64,000 nt of DNA from Candidatus Omnitrophota bacterium. GTDB lineage: Bacteria > Omnitrophota > Omnitrophia > Omnitrophales > Aquincolibacteriaceae. The DNA is taken from assembly GCA_030698625.1 (NCBI GenBank), contig JAUYMS010000047.1:12210-76209 (forward strand), in the 5' to 3' direction. Both the position numbers and the translations under genes were made by a program. Shown piece by piece: positions 10,316 through 20,253 of this stretch (the first letter of the stretch is position 1; each line of letters begins with the position of its first letter). The notes beneath the pieces were generated by a model. The model saw only the letters and a list, made by a program, of their open reading frames with translations, was not told where the DNA came from and did no database searches.

Positions 10316-11005
10316 TCAACACACCATCTCGCGCCAATCGCACCGTTGTTGCAAGGCATTAATGTTTGCTACCGCCGTACGTGCGGCAAATAAGATGATG
10401 TTCTGACAATAGTAGCTCTCTATGTTCTCGTCGTGCCATATTTGCTTTCGCACATAATCACTCGCTATATAACCGGCACGACGAAAGCGCTCAACCCAAT
10501 AGTCCTGCCACTGCTCATTAACATGCAACACACCGCCTTGGTTCGGGACAGCGGCCGAAAAAGCAATAACATCGGCGTGCTTCACTAATGACTTTACAAA
10601 TAAATCCGCCGCATCCGGCGGCAAATGTTCCGCTACCTCAAACGACCACGCTAGATCGAAGTGTCTCCCAAGATCAAAACCACTTTTCAGATCGCATGCC
10701 AGAAAACACTCTGACGAAATATCTAGACTGCCTTTTTCTACCCAGTCGCCATCGATCCCCATAATTTCGTTAACGCCACACTGCTTCGCCGCCGCAAGCC
10801 ACAAACCTGTGCCGCAACCCACATCCAGAACAGACTTAGGCCTGATGAGCGCTACCAGCAAGGGAACGATCTTTGCAGCTGCACGCAAACGGTTCTCATG
10901 GGCATCGCCATAAAATGCCTTGGAATACAATTTTCGCTCAACGCACGAATCATTGCGTGTGTTCATCGCGTGAATCCTCCCTTTCTTAATGCGACGTTGC
11001 ATCAT
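10316..11005 (-). CDS. Class I SAM-dependent methyltransferase
   Basis: Motif I is VLDVGCGTGLWL and motif II-like is DLAWSFEVAEHL. Confidence 0.7.
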   Translation of the reverse strand: MMQRRIKKGRIHAMNTRNDSCVERKLYSKAFYGDAHENRLRAAAKIVPLLVALIRPKSVLDVGCGTGLWLAAAKQCGVNEIMGIDGDWVEKGSLDISSECFLACDLKSGFDLGRHFDLAWSFEVAEHLPPDAADLFVKSLVKHADVIAFSAAVPNQGGVLHVNEQWQDYWVERFRRAGYIASDYVRKQIWHDENIESYYCQNIILFAARTAVANINALQQRCDWREMVC

Positions 11006-12027
11006 CGATTGGCTTGGAAGTCACACCACTTAGCTGCTGAAATATCCCATTCCGGGATATCATCGGCCATAAAGTGCTTTAACTCCGTCAGGTCCGGTGA
11101 CACTGCTGACATTACGCGCACGTAATTCGCGGCGGAATAGCGAATTTCCCCGAATACCTTTCGAGTCCGCTGTTTGCCTTCATTGTAGACCTTAAAATTG
11201 CCCCCATCGTATTGCCGTGACTCGACACCCAGAAATTCAAACACATTCTTGAGAGTCGCGGGCACGTTCTTAACAAAGCGTTCAAAGACGATCACTTTAA
11301 AGCTTGCCTTTGGGAAGAAGCGCAGATAATGATTCAGTTGCGCAAAGTAGCGACTTAACTCAACGTATGCTCCAGGGTTCTCTGCAAGCTCCTCGTTGAA
11401 TGGCCGCTGCGTTAAGGCTACCGGTCTCCCACCGTTAAATGGCTGCTTCGCCACCGCTGCGTGATGGCGGTACTGAGCCACGATGCGTGCCAGCGGATTT
11501 CGTACCAGATAGATAAATTTCATGTCGGGACACAGCTTGCTAAGCCGCGCCGGAACTTCGCTGCCCATATAAGGGGCTTTTGTATAGAATGTTGATGACT
11601 CTCCAAACATTTTTTCACCGTGGTAGCCATTTAGCAAGGTACGCAGTAATTGGTCGTTGGACAGCCCCATCTTAATCTGATTCGCCGACATTGAAGAAAC
11701 GATCGGTATCTCGTTTGAATAGTCCAGAAAGAGGCCCGGCTCCTTAAGGTTTGGTGTATAGATGTCATCATGGCGTCCTAAGTAGTAATGCAGACTTGAT
11801 GTTCCGGACTTCATTGCGCCGATAATCAGAAAATTCGGCAGCACTGTCCGCAGCCGCAGTTGCTTAAGCTCAAGACACCGGCCGCGCCCCAAGTATATTC
11901 TTGAGGGTGAAAGGAACGGATTGCGGTGGTAACGAGCACTCTTGTTAGCAAAAGAGGCTGCGGAGCATTGCACAAGATTGACCTTTGGTGTTGTCCAGAA
12001 TGCATCATCTCTATTTCTAGTAGCCAT
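11002..12027 (-). CDS. Sulfotransferase-domain protein (PAPS-dependent)
   Basis: The 5'-PSB-like motif is PNFLIIGAMKSGTSSL. The 3'-PB-like motif is YLVRNPLARIVAQY. Confidence 0.7.
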   Translation of the reverse strand: MATRNRDDAFWTTPKVNLVQCSAASFANKSARYHRNPFLSPSRIYLGRGRCLELKQLRLRTVLPNFLIIGAMKSGTSSLHYYLGRHDDIYTPNLKEPGLFLDYSNEIPIVSSMSANQIKMGLSNDQLLRTLLNGYHGEKMFGESSTFYTKAPYMGSEVPARLSKLCPDMKFIYLVRNPLARIVAQYRHHAAVAKQPFNGGRPVALTQRPFNEELAENPGAYVELSRYFAQLNHYLRFFPKASFKVIVFERFVKNVPATLKNVFEFLGVESRQYDGGNFKVYNEGKQRTRKVFGEIRYSAANYVRVMSAVSPDLTELKHFMADDIPEWDISAAKWCDFQANR

Positions 12028-12033
12028 AATTGG

Positions 12034-13506
12034 TCACACTCCCACCGCACCGAACAATAAGCGCTTTACTTCATTGCTCGCCGTTCTGTCTATGCATTGA
12101 AACACCGTAACATGCGCCACAACCGCTGTGATTCCATAGGCAACAAGATGCGCGAAGCTGTCGAGCGACACGGAAGCCGATACGCCGACGTCCCGCAAAA
12201 GAAGCCGCATCACTATTATGGTTGTGCTCAAGGCTGCAGCCGCAAGAAACGATGGCAACAGCTGCGCCAGAAACTCGCACCATTGAAACGCTACGATCCG
12301 CCGAATGCGCGTCAAATAAAGCGGAACCATGACAGCGTGCATGATTAACAATGTCATCGCTGCGCCCGTGACACCAAATTTCAACGTCATTCCGATAAGC
12401 ACGGGAACTTTAATGACTAGATGAATCAGGCCGAGCTGATAACTATATTGTGGATTCCCGCTTCCCTGGAAGATCGAACCCGACGCAGCGATCATGGGCG
12501 ACAATATCTGTACCAACCCCATAACCTGAATCAGCGGAACAATAGGCAGCCATTTTTCACCATACAAGGCCAATGTAATCTCATGCGCAAGTAAGATGAC
12601 AACAAGGCTGAACGGTATCGTAAAAATCGAGGCGAGTTTGACTGTTTTCATGTAAGCCCGTTTCAGGGCGGCCGGATCGTCCTGGATCGCCGAATAGGCC
12701 GGAAACATTACGCGCGATATCAGCTGCGCAAAGTGAGTATTTACGAAATTAGTCATGTTGCGGGCAAGTGCGAAATAGCCGAGGAGTGTGGCACCCAGCA
12801 TTTTACCGACAACGATAATTCCGATCTGGCTGTTGATGAACCAGATGACATTCAGGCCCACCAGAAACTTGCCAAAGTGAAAGAGCTCCTTCGCGAGCTT
12901 CGGGTCGAACTGAAACTTCAGCCGGTAGCCGGACAACCACCAATTCATGGAAGTCATAACTATCTGTTTGGCGATGTACGCCACAACGAGGCTCCACACC
13001 GTGGGGCTAATCATCACGAGGGCTATCGCACAAAGCGAATTTGTGATCGAACTGACCAGCTCAGTGACCGCGGTTACCTTAAAGCGCATGTTCTTGACGA
13101 GCAATGACAGCGGAACTTTGCCGAGGCAGCTCATGATGAAGACCACCCCAAGCGCCCGCACGATCGATCCGACTTCGGGGTTATTGAAGAACTTCCCTGC
13201 CAGCGGGGCTGCAATGAAGCAAATTGCGAACATCGTGATGCCCATCGCCTGCAGCATGAAAAAGGCTGTGTGCTGCATGGCTTCGGGCGCGTCTCTTTTC
13301 TGGACGAGGCCGGCATCGAGGCCCATCGACTGGAACACGGCAAGACCGTCGATGGCGACGAATGCCATCGCGAAGATACCGAAGACCGACGGCTCGAGAA
13401 TGCGCGCCAGCACGGCAAAGGTCGCCACCGAGATGACCTTCTGGGCGACCTTGTTGATGACCTGCCACTTCACGCCTGATACTGTTTTTTCTTTTAGTGT
13501 TTTCAT
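12034..13506 (-). CDS. wzx: Wzx-type oligosaccharide flippase (MOP/polysaccharide biosynthesis protein family)
   Basis: 490 aa, about 12-14 predicted TM segments. The N-terminus (KWQVINKVAQKVISVATFAVLARIL) is typical of Wzx/PST proteins. Confidence 0.7.
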   Translation of the reverse strand: MKTLKEKTVSGVKWQVINKVAQKVISVATFAVLARILEPSVFGIFAMAFVAIDGLAVFQSMGLDAGLVQKRDAPEAMQHTAFFMLQAMGITMFAICFIAAPLAGKFFNNPEVGSIVRALGVVFIMSCLGKVPLSLLVKNMRFKVTAVTELVSSITNSLCAIALVMISPTVWSLVVAYIAKQIVMTSMNWWLSGYRLKFQFDPKLAKELFHFGKFLVGLNVIWFINSQIGIIVVGKMLGATLLGYFALARNMTNFVNTHFAQLISRVMFPAYSAIQDDPAALKRAYMKTVKLASIFTIPFSLVVILLAHEITLALYGEKWLPIVPLIQVMGLVQILSPMIAASGSIFQGSGNPQYSYQLGLIHLVIKVPVLIGMTLKFGVTGAAMTLLIMHAVMVPLYLTRIRRIVAFQWCEFLAQLLPSFLAAAALSTTIIVMRLLLRDVGVSASVSLDSFAHLVAYGITAVVAHVTVFQCIDRTASNEVKRLLFGAVGV

Positions 13507-13878
13507 ATTTGTCGGGTTTTGAGATCCTTCGCTTCGCTCAGGATGACAGCGGTAAACCTTTTTAAAAGCTGGTACTTAATTAGATAGAACTTTCCCGCTT
13601 TTGGGAGTCATAAATTTTTTGGTACAAATGTGTTAAAGCATACCCGGTGAATCACTTACATTCAAACCGATACCGTTTGCGATCTAGCACCGGCAGTCAA
13701 GTCTATGTTTTCCTCCTCTTTTCTGTTTGATCTTATGCTATTGATAATTCGTGTCGCATAGCGTCCTGCTGCCGGACGACCCGATAGTCCTCCCGGTGAA
13801 GCGCCGGTTGAATCATCGATTCAAGCTCGCAGCCGCGATTACACTTTTTTCCAACGCGTCCCACGATACCGGGCATAA

Positions 13879-14568
13879 TTAGGCCTCCTTTCCCGGGGCC
13901 ACATGGCTCAAGCGCAACACATTGGCATGACTGGTAAGACCAACCATCAGCACGCCCACACCTACTAATTCCATCAATTCCTCGGCCATCAAACGCGATG
14001 CACGCCAGAACATCGGCGTATCTTCCGTAATAAGATTCGTTAACATCTCGACGCCCACAGCCCCCCCAAAAAATAGCAGCAAGCCGCTTAACGCACATAT
14101 CGCGCCCGAGCCGTTACTGTCAAAACTTCGTTTTAACTCGGGGAAAACCCACACAACAAAAGCCAAAATAAACGGGCCGAAGAGGACGGGCCACGATGTT
14201 CTGTGCAACGCATCAAGAAACCACGCCGGCATAAAGTTACGCTCGATCACTCCCGAGAAGTTCTCGTGAAACATCACAACCTCATCGCATGACATAAACG
14301 CCAGGGCGCCCGCGGTCAAGAACCACGCCTGCCCTATGTCCCTGCCTGCGGAATTCCCTGCGGTCACAAATGCCGCATGCGCCGCCATAAAAAACATCAC
14401 GCTTGAAACCCATGTGGGGATATTCCCCTCGCGCTGCAAATTGAATAATCTCTCAAGCTGCCAACTCCGCCCATCCAGGAGCAATGCCAGCAAGTGCATC
14501 CCCGCCAATATCAGAATGACTAACCCAACGAGTGCTAACGCACTAGACTGTTTCATTGACGCCTTCAT
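13879..14568 (-). CDS. Small polytopic membrane protein of unknown function (paralog family member 1 of 3)
   Basis: Hydrophobic throughout. Shares ...RD.R.AW... and C-terminal EELMELVGVGVLMVGLTSH blocks with the proteins at 23865..24671 and 29482..30126. Confidence 0.5.
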   Translation of the reverse strand: MKASMKQSSALALVGLVILILAGMHLLALLLDGRSWQLERLFNLQREGNIPTWVSSVMFFMAAHAAFVTAGNSAGRDIGQAWFLTAGALAFMSCDEVVMFHENFSGVIERNFMPAWFLDALHRTSWPVLFGPFILAFVVWVFPELKRSFDSNGSGAICALSGLLLFFGGAVGVEMLTNLITEDTPMFWRASRLMAEELMELVGVGVLMVGLTSHANVLRLSHVAPGKEA

Positions 14569-16276
14569 TTGCTACTGCGTTTCTTGCAACATGCGACAGT
14601 CGGCATACCAAAATGTCATTCGGCGACGCGCCCGCCGTTTCGAATGTCGCCGCGCTTCCGTTCTGTCCATACCATATCGCCTCGCGCAGAAGAAATATCC
14701 TCACCGCGGCCGGCACCGACATCGGATCGTCGAAGTCAATTCGCTTAAGAAGAAACCATAGGTCCCGGCCCTCATAGTGTGACCGGAGTTTTGCGATATC
14801 AGCCGGCGAGCTGAGCATTTCGACAAACTGTTTCCGGTTGTAAAGGGGCAGCACCCTTCCCGGCCGCGGCGCATCGCTTCCGCTCTGGATATGGTTCGCG
14901 CTAAAAATCGGCTCGCGGAATCCGTAAAAGCGGGCCTCTTTGGAATGAGAGACGACCACCGGATTACCCGCGGCGATTCTGCCGCCGAATAGTTCATGCG
15001 CCCGGCCCCAGGCCGGCCTCACCTCGCGGCGCACATAATCGACGGACGTCAGGGCCCACGGATGCGCCGTCGGAACAAGCACGGCAATGCCCAGGCAGGC
15101 CAGGGAGCCGCTTATGGCAAAACGCCGCACGCGGCCGCGCGATGCCCACGCCTGCTTCATGCATTTCGCCACCGTGGCCGCCGTTGCCGCGATCGCCGGG
15201 GCCAGAGCAATATAAAAAAATGTCAGGTCGAACAAGATATACCGTTCCTCTTTTCGCAGAAAGACGAAGGTCTTCAGAAGAAACGGAACAGCAAAAAGAC
15301 ACACAACAAAAGCTCCGCGACGGCCGTATTTCCAGCACGCGTAGACGGCCGCCAACGGATAGAGCGTAAAGAGAACCGGATAGAGGTCTTCCATGGTCCA
15401 CTTGTAAAACAACACCCGGCTGACCGCCCACGAATGCAAAGGGACAGAGAAGGCCTCGGCGGCCATCTTCGTAATAATTCCGGGCTTGAGGACCGCCCCG
15501 ATGACCGCCAGCGCAAGGGTCACGATAAGAATTGCCGAATACTTCGAACTGAAGGGGCCCAGCTTCTCTTCACCGCGAGCCGCCAGGAACATCAGCGCGA
15601 TATACGCAAAGAATGCCGGCACAAAAAAGATAACCAGTTTATGCAATACCAATGAGATACAGAATATTGCGACTGCGCCGAACGCGAGCCCTGTCTGCTT
15701 TAGCCGGCTGCCGGCATATCCCCCCTCAAACAGCCGGAAAGCGAGATACGCGAAGACCGTATACAAAAGCTGAACGAGGGTGTACATGCGGCACTCCCGC
15801 GACATTTTGACACAGAGCGGCGCAAAGGCGATAAGAAGCGCTGCGGCGATCGCGGCCCCGGTTCCAAACCATCGGCGGGTCATCCAGAAGCCAAAGACGA
15901 TGACAGCAACGCCGAAGACAACGGCCGGCATTCTGGCCGCGGTCTCACTGACACCAAAAGTCCTGAACATTCCTGCGATAAGATAGGTGAAAGGCAATGC
16001 CCGCGTATACTCGTAGCCCCCGGGCAGAGTCGGTGAGCCTGTCTCGATCAGCGACTTTGCCGCAAAGACATGGTAAAGCTCGTCGGACCAGAAATTGCTG
16101 ACGCCCAGCTGGTACATGCGCACGCACAGTCCAGCGGCCAAGATAAGCGCCAAAGTCAACCAAACGAGTACACGCCCCCTACTTTTACTTACAGCCGGTT
16201 GTGCAGGGATGTCCAGCACATTGCGCGGCCCGCCGCGGCGGTCGATCCCTCTTTCCAATAGTGCTGAATGGCTCAT
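14543..16276 (-). CDS. GT-C fold glycosyltransferase (family 39/83, ArnT/PMT-like; polyprenyl-phosphate-sugar dependent)
   Basis: N-terminal FWSDELYHVFAAKSL (DE motif loop) followed by more than 10 TM helices. Length 577 aa. Confidence 0.6.
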   Translation of the reverse strand: MSHSALLERGIDRRGGPRNVLDIPAQPAVSKSRGRVLVWLTLALILAAGLCVRMYQLGVSNFWSDELYHVFAAKSLIETGSPTLPGGYEYTRALPFTYLIAGMFRTFGVSETAARMPAVVFGVAVIVFGFWMTRRWFGTGAAIAAALLIAFAPLCVKMSRECRMYTLVQLLYTVFAYLAFRLFEGGYAGSRLKQTGLAFGAVAIFCISLVLHKLVIFFVPAFFAYIALMFLAARGEEKLGPFSSKYSAILIVTLALAVIGAVLKPGIITKMAAEAFSVPLHSWAVSRVLFYKWTMEDLYPVLFTLYPLAAVYACWKYGRRGAFVVCLFAVPFLLKTFVFLRKEERYILFDLTFFYIALAPAIAATAATVAKCMKQAWASRGRVRRFAISGSLACLGIAVLVPTAHPWALTSVDYVRREVRPAWGRAHELFGGRIAAGNPVVVSHSKEARFYGFREPIFSANHIQSGSDAPRPGRVLPLYNRKQFVEMLSSPADIAKLRSHYEGRDLWFLLKRIDFDDPMSVPAAVRIFLLREAIWYGQNGSAATFETAGASPNDILVCRLSHVARNAVANEGVNETV

Positions 16277-16351
16277 GAGTCCTGCACTTCCTTTTCCGCG
16301 ACCGCAAGCAGCGACAAACCGGCCCGCATGGGTACATGTTTTTCCAAGGCT

Positions 16352-17098
16352 TCAACGGTCATTTCTGCCCTTCCTCACCACGAAGGCCTGGCCATGAACC
16401 TCGTATTCAAACAATGGTTCAAACGACAAGCTCGGAATTTCCGATAAAAATTGTTTCAATGCGCTTCGCTGCCCGGCTCCTGACTCCTCGCTAAAAGCCC
16501 GCCAATCGTCAAACAGGACAATTGACCCGCCCTCCAAATAAGGCGCAAGCCAGCGCATTGACTCAATCGTGGACGTGTGCAAGTCGCAGTCCAAAAGTGC
16601 TACAGCCACCCTCTTAAACGGGTACTTTTCCCGCAGTTCCTCGGTAAGAGAGTCTTCATAGAAGCCTTCGATCAAATGGGTGCGAGTCCAATCGACCCCA
16701 TTCTTTTCCAGAAATCGGGTGACTTGCTTCCGGGAGCAGGAAAACTGACCCTTGAAAAAGATTCCGTCACCTATTACTTTGTCTATGTCTTCAAGCTCGG
16801 GCAGCCCCTTGAACGAATCGAAGGCATAAAAGTTGGGCCCCTCAAGACCCAACTCACCGCACACCTTTTGTGCCCACCAATACGTATATCCTTTAAATAT
16901 GCCGAACTCGTAATAGTCGCCGATATCCCTGCCACGCTTTTCCGCCGCGTAGCGCAGTGCTCTGCTCACACCGGCCGGCGCTCCGGGGTTTCCCGGCTTG
17001 AAGGACCGATTGATCGCGTGATAGGCCTTGGATCCCAATGCATACAACGGCGGGTATCGGGCGACAACCTTCTCTACCATTTTCTTAAGAGACCGCAT
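16352..17098 (-). CDS. TylF/MycF-family O-methyltransferase
   Basis: YYEFGIFKGYTYWW (E-x-G-x-x-x-G SAM motif) and LLDCDLHTST (DxDxY metal motif) are characteristic of the macrocin O-methyltransferase family. Confidence 0.65.
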   Translation of the reverse strand: MRSLKKMVEKVVARYPPLYALGSKAYHAINRSFKPGNPGAPAGVSRALRYAAEKRGRDIGDYYEFGIFKGYTYWWAQKVCGELGLEGPNFYAFDSFKGLPELEDIDKVIGDGIFFKGQFSCSRKQVTRFLEKNGVDWTRTHLIEGFYEDSLTEELREKYPFKRVAVALLDCDLHTSTIESMRWLAPYLEGGSIVLFDDWRAFSEESGAGQRSALKQFLSEIPSLSFEPLFEYEVHGQAFVVRKGRNDR

Positions 17099-18062
17099 AG
17101 CTGCGCCTCACCTTGAGATTCAATCCACTTTTCAGATACATGAACACCCCCGGCAAATTGCCTATGCCAATGAGCAGCCTCATTAGAAGGGCAACGGCAA
17201 ATATCGCCGGCGCGGCCGCCCCCGCGATATTGAGAAAATAAACCAACGCGCCCTCCCGCACCCCCCAACCCGCGATCGAAATCGGGAGCATGCTCACCAA
17301 CAACGCCGGAGGAACTAAAATCGCGCAGTCGGCAAAACTTAAACTCATCGAAGTGCTCTTAGCCAAACTCCATACAATCAGAACCCGCATCAACTGGTTC
17401 ATTAGGGCCAGAGCAAACACGACTCCGAGAATACGGCCGTGCTCCTTGTAATCACACAGCGCCGAATAGGCCTCCCGAATCAATTTTATTCCCGGAAAAG
17501 CATTAAAGCGATTCAGGATTTTGTCGGCCAAATTCTGCAGTCCCGGCACTATGAGAAAAGCCACCATCGCCGCCACGGCAAAAGCCGGCGCGGCCATAAC
17601 AATCAGGACTTCATTGCGGCCCCACACGATTGCGGCCCATAGCGCGCCGACAAAAGCCGCAACCATCATGGACACCGCCCCGGTGATCCGGTCCATCGCG
17701 ACTGAGGAGACGGCTTCTGCATGCCGTCCGCTCGAAGCGCCCAAGCTATACATTCGAACAGCATCTCCACCCGCGGTCGCCGGCAAAAAGGATCCCAGAA
17801 AATTACTGACCCACACGCTCCACAATAAATGCCTGTAACCCACTTTTTCGCCTTTTGCCTCAATCAGCAACTGCCACTTATACGCGGTCAGAAAACGGAT
17901 CATAAGCACAGGAACCAGCCCGAGAGCAAAGATATCCCAACGGCAATCGGCAAAGACGCGGCCAATTTCGCTCCACTCGACTTTAGCGCTAAGCCAGAAA
18001 AGTATGGCGGCGCTAATAAAAGCGCGAACGATTGTTCCGCGAAGATTCCGTTTCTCGCTCAC
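17085..18062 (-). CDS. Flippase-like / LPG-synthase-TM (UPF0104) family membrane protein
   Basis: 325 aa, about 8 TM helices. The N-terminal LRGTIVRAFISAAILFWL...W pattern is typical of this family, which is often adjacent to glycosyltransferases. Confidence 0.5.
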   Translation of the reverse strand: MSEKRNLRGTIVRAFISAAILFWLSAKVEWSEIGRVFADCRWDIFALGLVPVLMIRFLTAYKWQLLIEAKGEKVGYRHLLWSVWVSNFLGSFLPATAGGDAVRMYSLGASSGRHAEAVSSVAMDRITGAVSMMVAAFVGALWAAIVWGRNEVLIVMAAPAFAVAAMVAFLIVPGLQNLADKILNRFNAFPGIKLIREAYSALCDYKEHGRILGVVFALALMNQLMRVLIVWSLAKSTSMSLSFADCAILVPPALLVSMLPISIAGWGVREGALVYFLNIAGAAAPAIFAVALLMRLLIGIGNLPGVFMYLKSGLNLKVRRSYAVS

Positions 18063-19246
18063 GTTACGACCTCGTCAAAAATAGATCCATCCGGGACAAG
18101 CACCTCATAGACGGCTCCAAGGGCGCCGGCATCATCTTCGTCTTCGGACGTTACATACGCTCTTGCTCTCGCACCCAGTGCCGCGGCAAGCTCTTTGTCG
18201 AGAGTCAGCCGGGCCAACGCATCCGCGAGTGCTTTCGTATCGCCGTCCTTTACGAGAAGGCCCGCATCACGCAATATCTGTCTTGTGCTCGTCGTGTCAA
18301 AACCCGCGACCGGCAGACCGCAAGCCATATAGGCATACAACTTACCGTTACCTTCGCTGCTTTCATGTTTGGGGCTCACCGCTACGTCCGCCGCATTCAA
18401 GTACGCCGGCAGATCTTCAAACCTCACTTGTCCGGTGAAGGTCACGTTCGCCGTCAAACCCATATCTTGGGCCTTGCTGCGATAATGCTGAACATTCGGA
18501 TAGCCTATAATCAGCGTGTGAAATGCATGTTTTTCACGGAGGATCCTCAAGGCCTCAAGCAAGGCATCGATTCCCTGGTACTCATTAAGGAGTCCGGCGT
18601 ACACAATCACAGGCATCTTCTCCGGGATTCCGTATCGCATTCTTATATGAAGGCCGTTTACTCCGGGGCGAAAATGCTCCGTATCCACACTGTCCACAGT
18701 ATGGGCAACAGGCACCGAACCGGTGTGCGGCTCTTCACTCAAGCGCTCCGCGCTATTCGCGGTGCTTGTAACAATCGCGTCCACGCGCATTTCAATGAAT
18801 TCCTCCAACCACGAGAAAAGACGGTAAAGCAGACCCCCGGCTCTCGCAAACTTGTGCGCCGCAATCTCGCCGGAAAGACTCCCTTGATAATCGAGTACCA
18901 ACGGAATCCGTTTGGACCCTCGAGCCAAGTAGGCAACGCAGGCGCCTTCATGCAAATGGGCATGAATCACATCGGGATTCCACGTTCTTATCCACTTCCG
19001 CGTCAGGGCCGTTAACATGACATCGATGTATATCTTGTGCCATGACGGGCCGGCCGCGAGCTTCCTATACCACGGCACCGGCCAGGTCCTGACCGTTTCG
19101 ACACCGTCAATATCCCGCCCAAGCGGGTAGGTGCATAAGACCACTTCATGCCCCTGCTCCCTAAGTGCAATGGCGGATCGATAGACGCGCACATGGCAGC
19201 CGCGGTCTGAAAAAAAAGGTGTCGGCACCACCATTAAGACCTTCAT
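18059..19246 (-). CDS. Glycosyltransferase family 4
   Basis: The N-terminal MKVLMVVPTPFF...GGCHVRVY GT4 N-domain and the C-terminal EGNGKLYAYMACGLPVAGFD signature. Confidence 0.75.
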   Translation of the reverse strand: MKVLMVVPTPFFSDRGCHVRVYRSAIALREQGHEVVLCTYPLGRDIDGVETVRTWPVPWYRKLAAGPSWHKIYIDVMLTALTRKWIRTWNPDVIHAHLHEGACVAYLARGSKRIPLVLDYQGSLSGEIAAHKFARAGGLLYRLFSWLEEFIEMRVDAIVTSTANSAERLSEEPHTGSVPVAHTVDSVDTEHFRPGVNGLHIRMRYGIPEKMPVIVYAGLLNEYQGIDALLEALRILREKHAFHTLIIGYPNVQHYRSKAQDMGLTANVTFTGQVRFEDLPAYLNAADVAVSPKHESSEGNGKLYAYMACGLPVAGFDTTSTRQILRDAGLLVKDGDTKALADALARLTLDKELAAALGARARAYVTSEDEDDAGALGAVYEVLVPDGSIFDEVVT

Positions 19247-20253
19247 GCCGTCACCATTTCACGCGTCTCGCTCTTCAGTGAACCTTCCGCGCGATAGGAC
19301 GTTGCTGTCTTGCTCAAGCCCTCGGCCAAACTAACTCGCGGTGCATACCCCAATCTGTCACGCGCCTTACTGATGTCGAATGCCCGGTTGTGAGTAAAAA
19401 AATCAACGCGGCGCTTATAAAGCGGCGGCCTCAATCCGAGCGGCAAGCACACCGCCTCGCACAAGGCTGCGGCGGCATAGAACGGCCACACGGGCAGATG
19501 CAGCCGCGGCACGCGAACGCCGAGGATGTGAGCAATTTTTCCGGCAAGGTCATTGAGAGTCACGTAGTTTTCATCTCCGAAAAAGAAGGCTTCGCCCGCT
19601 GCCCGGTCACTTTCAGCGCATTGGATCAACCCCTCAACCAAATCCGTCACATACACCATATGGTAGTAAGTCTTCCCGCTCCCGATCATGACAAAATATC
19701 CGCGCTGAATACTGCCGAAGAGCTTCACAAACCTCTCTTCCCCGGGCCCGTAAATCGCTGCCGGGCGGGCGATGCTCATCGCCAGGCCGCGCTCGGCAGA
19801 GGCTTTCCAGACTCTTCCTTCCGCCAATAACTTGGTTCGCTGATACTCATCGCCGGGATTGAACGGCGAGTCCTCATTGCCCGGTATTTCAGCGACCGCC
19901 CCGTGCACTCCCATCGTGCTGCAATGCACCAGCCGCTTCACGCCATGATTGAGACACGCGTCGATAATATTCTGCGTACCCTCGACATTAACGTTCCAGT
20001 AATCCTCTTTCGTCGCAGACTGGTCACGATAGAGCGCGGCGAGGTGAAAGACTTTCTCGCAACCGCCGACTGCCCTGTCCACCAGAGCGGCGTCGCGGAT
20101 GTCGCCCACCTCAAGCTCCACTCCCTTCGCGATGAGTTTGGTCACACCGCTCTTTCTGCGCACAAGCGCCCTGACCCGGTGCCCGCGCTCAACGAGGGCA
20201 TCAACGAGATATCCTCCCGTAAATCCTGTGGCGCCGGTTACGAGTATCTTCAT
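19243..20253 (-). CDS. NAD-dependent epimerase/dehydratase (extended SDR)
   Basis: MKILVTGATGFTGGYLV Rossmann motif. I place the start at the ATG at 20253, which overlaps the TGA of the upstream gene (ATGA). The ORF-track start at 20373 is probably an over-extension. Confidence 0.8.
   Translation of the reverse strand: MKILVTGATGFTGGYLVDALVERGHRVRALVRRKSGVTKLIAKGVELEVGDIRDAALVDRAVGGCEKVFHLAALYRDQSATKEDYWNVNVEGTQNIIDACLNHGVKRLVHCSTMGVHGAVAEIPGNEDSPFNPGDEYQRTKLLAEGRVWKASAERGLAMSIARPAAIYGPGEERFVKLFGSIQRGYFVMIGSGKTYYHMVYVTDLVEGLIQCAESDRAAGEAFFFGDENYVTLNDLAGKIAHILGVRVPRLHLPVWPFYAAAALCEAVCLPLGLRPPLYKRRVDFFTHNRAFDISKARDRLGYAPRVSLAEGLSKTATSYRAEGSLKSETREMVTA

Noticed and set aside
13733-14098. 121-aa minus-strand ORF overlapping the paralog-1 membrane gene; its last 47 codons (MPGIVGRVGKKCNRG..., 13,733..13,876) begin 2 nt after that gene's stop
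   Set aside because: Most of it overlaps a better-supported gene in another frame. The intergenic 47-aa tail has no recognisable motif or RBS. Kept only as a possible small ORF to test with ribosome profiling.
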